From NCBI RefSeq assembly GCF_964204645.1, contig NC_134028.1, forward strand, positions 4,464,001 through 4,528,000: DNA of 64,000 nt. Direction: 5' to 3'. This DNA is from Tubulanus polymorphus. Lineage: Eukaryota; Animalia; Nemertea. The translations under genes were made by a program, and so were the position numbers. Under the pieces are notes generated by a model. The model made no database searches. It saw only the letters and a list, made by a program, of their open reading frames with translations, and had not been told where the DNA came from. Of this stretch, positions 62,286 to 64,000 are shown piece after piece (position 1 is the stretch's first letter; the number at the start of each line of letters is the position of its first letter).

Positions 62286-64000
62286 TAATGGCATAATACG
62301 TATGAGTTTCAAATATCTCCGATTGTGACAGCGTGCTGATTAGCGCTGGTTTTATAAATCGATAACCGTGATCTATCACTAAATGCCAATTAAAATGGAA
62401 GATCCGTATTGGGCTGTCTCTAATGCATGAAATCAATGTAAAATGTCTATGATTTTAGATTATCATTATTAGCAATCATATTTATCCTTCTATGAAAGAG
62501 TAAATGCGCCTTGAGAGAAACGATAATCGATCAACAGATAAGAACCAGTTATGATTGAGTCAGTTCGATGAAACATCCTTCAAGAATAACAATGCTCATA
62601 ATAACCAGCCCTTAGTTTAATCCAGTCGGGAATAGATAATGGGATTTTTTTGTAGTTCATGATGAGACCATAGAACTCAAGCGAAGTGATGAGACTAACT
62701 TATTACTCGCATGCCACACTCTCTCAGATCTCGACCGTCATGTGCTGCCCCTTTGTAAACCATTAGCGGCGAATGTGTAAACTAACTTGATACGATGGAC
62801 GAAGTGGCCGCTGAATATGGAGACTGGTCATGACGCGACGGGGTATAGTTTGGTCTAGAACCAAGATGAGCTTAGGCGTTGGTCTAGTAAATCCAAGCGT
62901 TAATACTGAGTTTTCAATAAACTAGCAAAGTTGCCAATTTTAGAGCGGTCATGACTATATCCTATCTGTTGAGCAAAGGTTCCAGCTAATATTTACCCAA
63001 GTAAAGAGACGTTAAATGAGATAAGAATAAATCTGACGTCGCTAAAATGTTTTCGTTCGGCGCGTCACGGTTGCTGAAAGTGTAATAACGTTTTTCTTTC
63101 GTAAAAATTGGCTTTTTCCTGGGTCGCGAAGATAAGAGATGTAATTTTGGATCGTGAGACCATCATCCACTTTTAAAGCCATTATGCTTATATGTATACG
63201 TAGCATAGATACCTGCTGTAAATGCTTTTGGCTGTAAAAGCACGGAATCGTAATGGCTAGCTGTGATATGACATGTCTAGACAGGTGATTGTGAAGGAAA
63301 ACCGTTATATTTATGTACGACGATTCATCGCCTCGATCGAACCGAATTCATTGCGTCTCATGCTTCAAATCACTTACTTACACAAAATTATAGATATTAT
63401 TGGTGACGAAACATCGTCAACTTTCCATCGATTATTCGCATATTCCATACATTTGAGGGGTTCGCATTTTGAGGTGCCTTTTTCAAAAAATTTTCAGGTA
63501 CGAAACCTTCAGAAATGAGCAGAGTTTCAGTTAGGACAAATTACCGATTGCTTAGATTTAACATTTCGCTATTTTGGTTTTTTAATTGCCTGTGAAAGCC
63601 CTTTGCTTATCCCACGCGCGAAAATGTCCCTTTTTGGCTTGATTGGGATCCGCCCTTGCGAACTCGATCCATCCTGGTTACCTGCATGCATTCAATCTAT
63701 AGTGATTATGATGCAGGTATCTGTGATGAAAAAAATCACAGGTAAGAGTGTACATGAAAATAATTTTGAGATGATGAATTTGATATACTTCTGTCGATTC
63801 TGGAAGTATAAGTAATTTAGTGCTCAATACATCTGCACCAGAGATAGCCAACACTGTTAATACCTTAGCGATCAGATAACAATATGAAGTGTGGAAGTCG
63901 GTATCACTATCTTATCAATTATAGATGCGTAAAATGTGTTAGCTCTCATAGAATCCTATTTTCTCCTTGAGATAGTCTTATCTGTCCAGATATCAGCGAT

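Noticed and set aside
57522-64000. Further GPCR exons or independent genes
   Set aside because: No ORF with TM3-TM7 motifs (DRY/ERY, NPxxY) was found; the short ORFs look random, so the region is treated as intron.

Overview
AT-rich, gene-dense eukaryotic DNA with short GT-AG introns. It is most consistent with an invertebrate animal, probably a lophotrochozoan (inference from gene content; the species cannot be determined here). Eleven protein-coding loci were reconstructed by eye, in order: ankyrin/SOCS-box protein (-), ~22-exon receptor guanylyl cyclase (+), intronless HNMT-like methyltransferase (-), secreted PAN+GON protein (+), THYN1 (+), lemur tyrosine kinase LMTK/AATK (-), FAM104/VCF-like gene (+), 1063-aa orphan ORF (+), ShKT+sushi secreted protein (+), GPS1/CSN1 (+) and a divergent SLC18 transporter (-). 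The first coding exon of a twelfth, a class A peptide GPCR (+), follows, with a truncated LINE in its intron. Non-coding DNA is rich in inverted-repeat elements: a 1.16-kb foldback with an 8-bp TSD, a 550-bp palindrome, a hAT-like MITE with a 5-bp TSD, a ~45-bp micro-MITE family, and a minisatellite built from a MITE terminus. I found no rRNA, tRNA or CRISPR array and no clear multi-gene novel system. The best leads are the SLC18 lacking its conserved acidic residues, the PAN-GON protein, the orphan ORF and the palindromic elements inside the FAM104-like gene. Exon boundaries and family assignments are manual and unverified by alignment.
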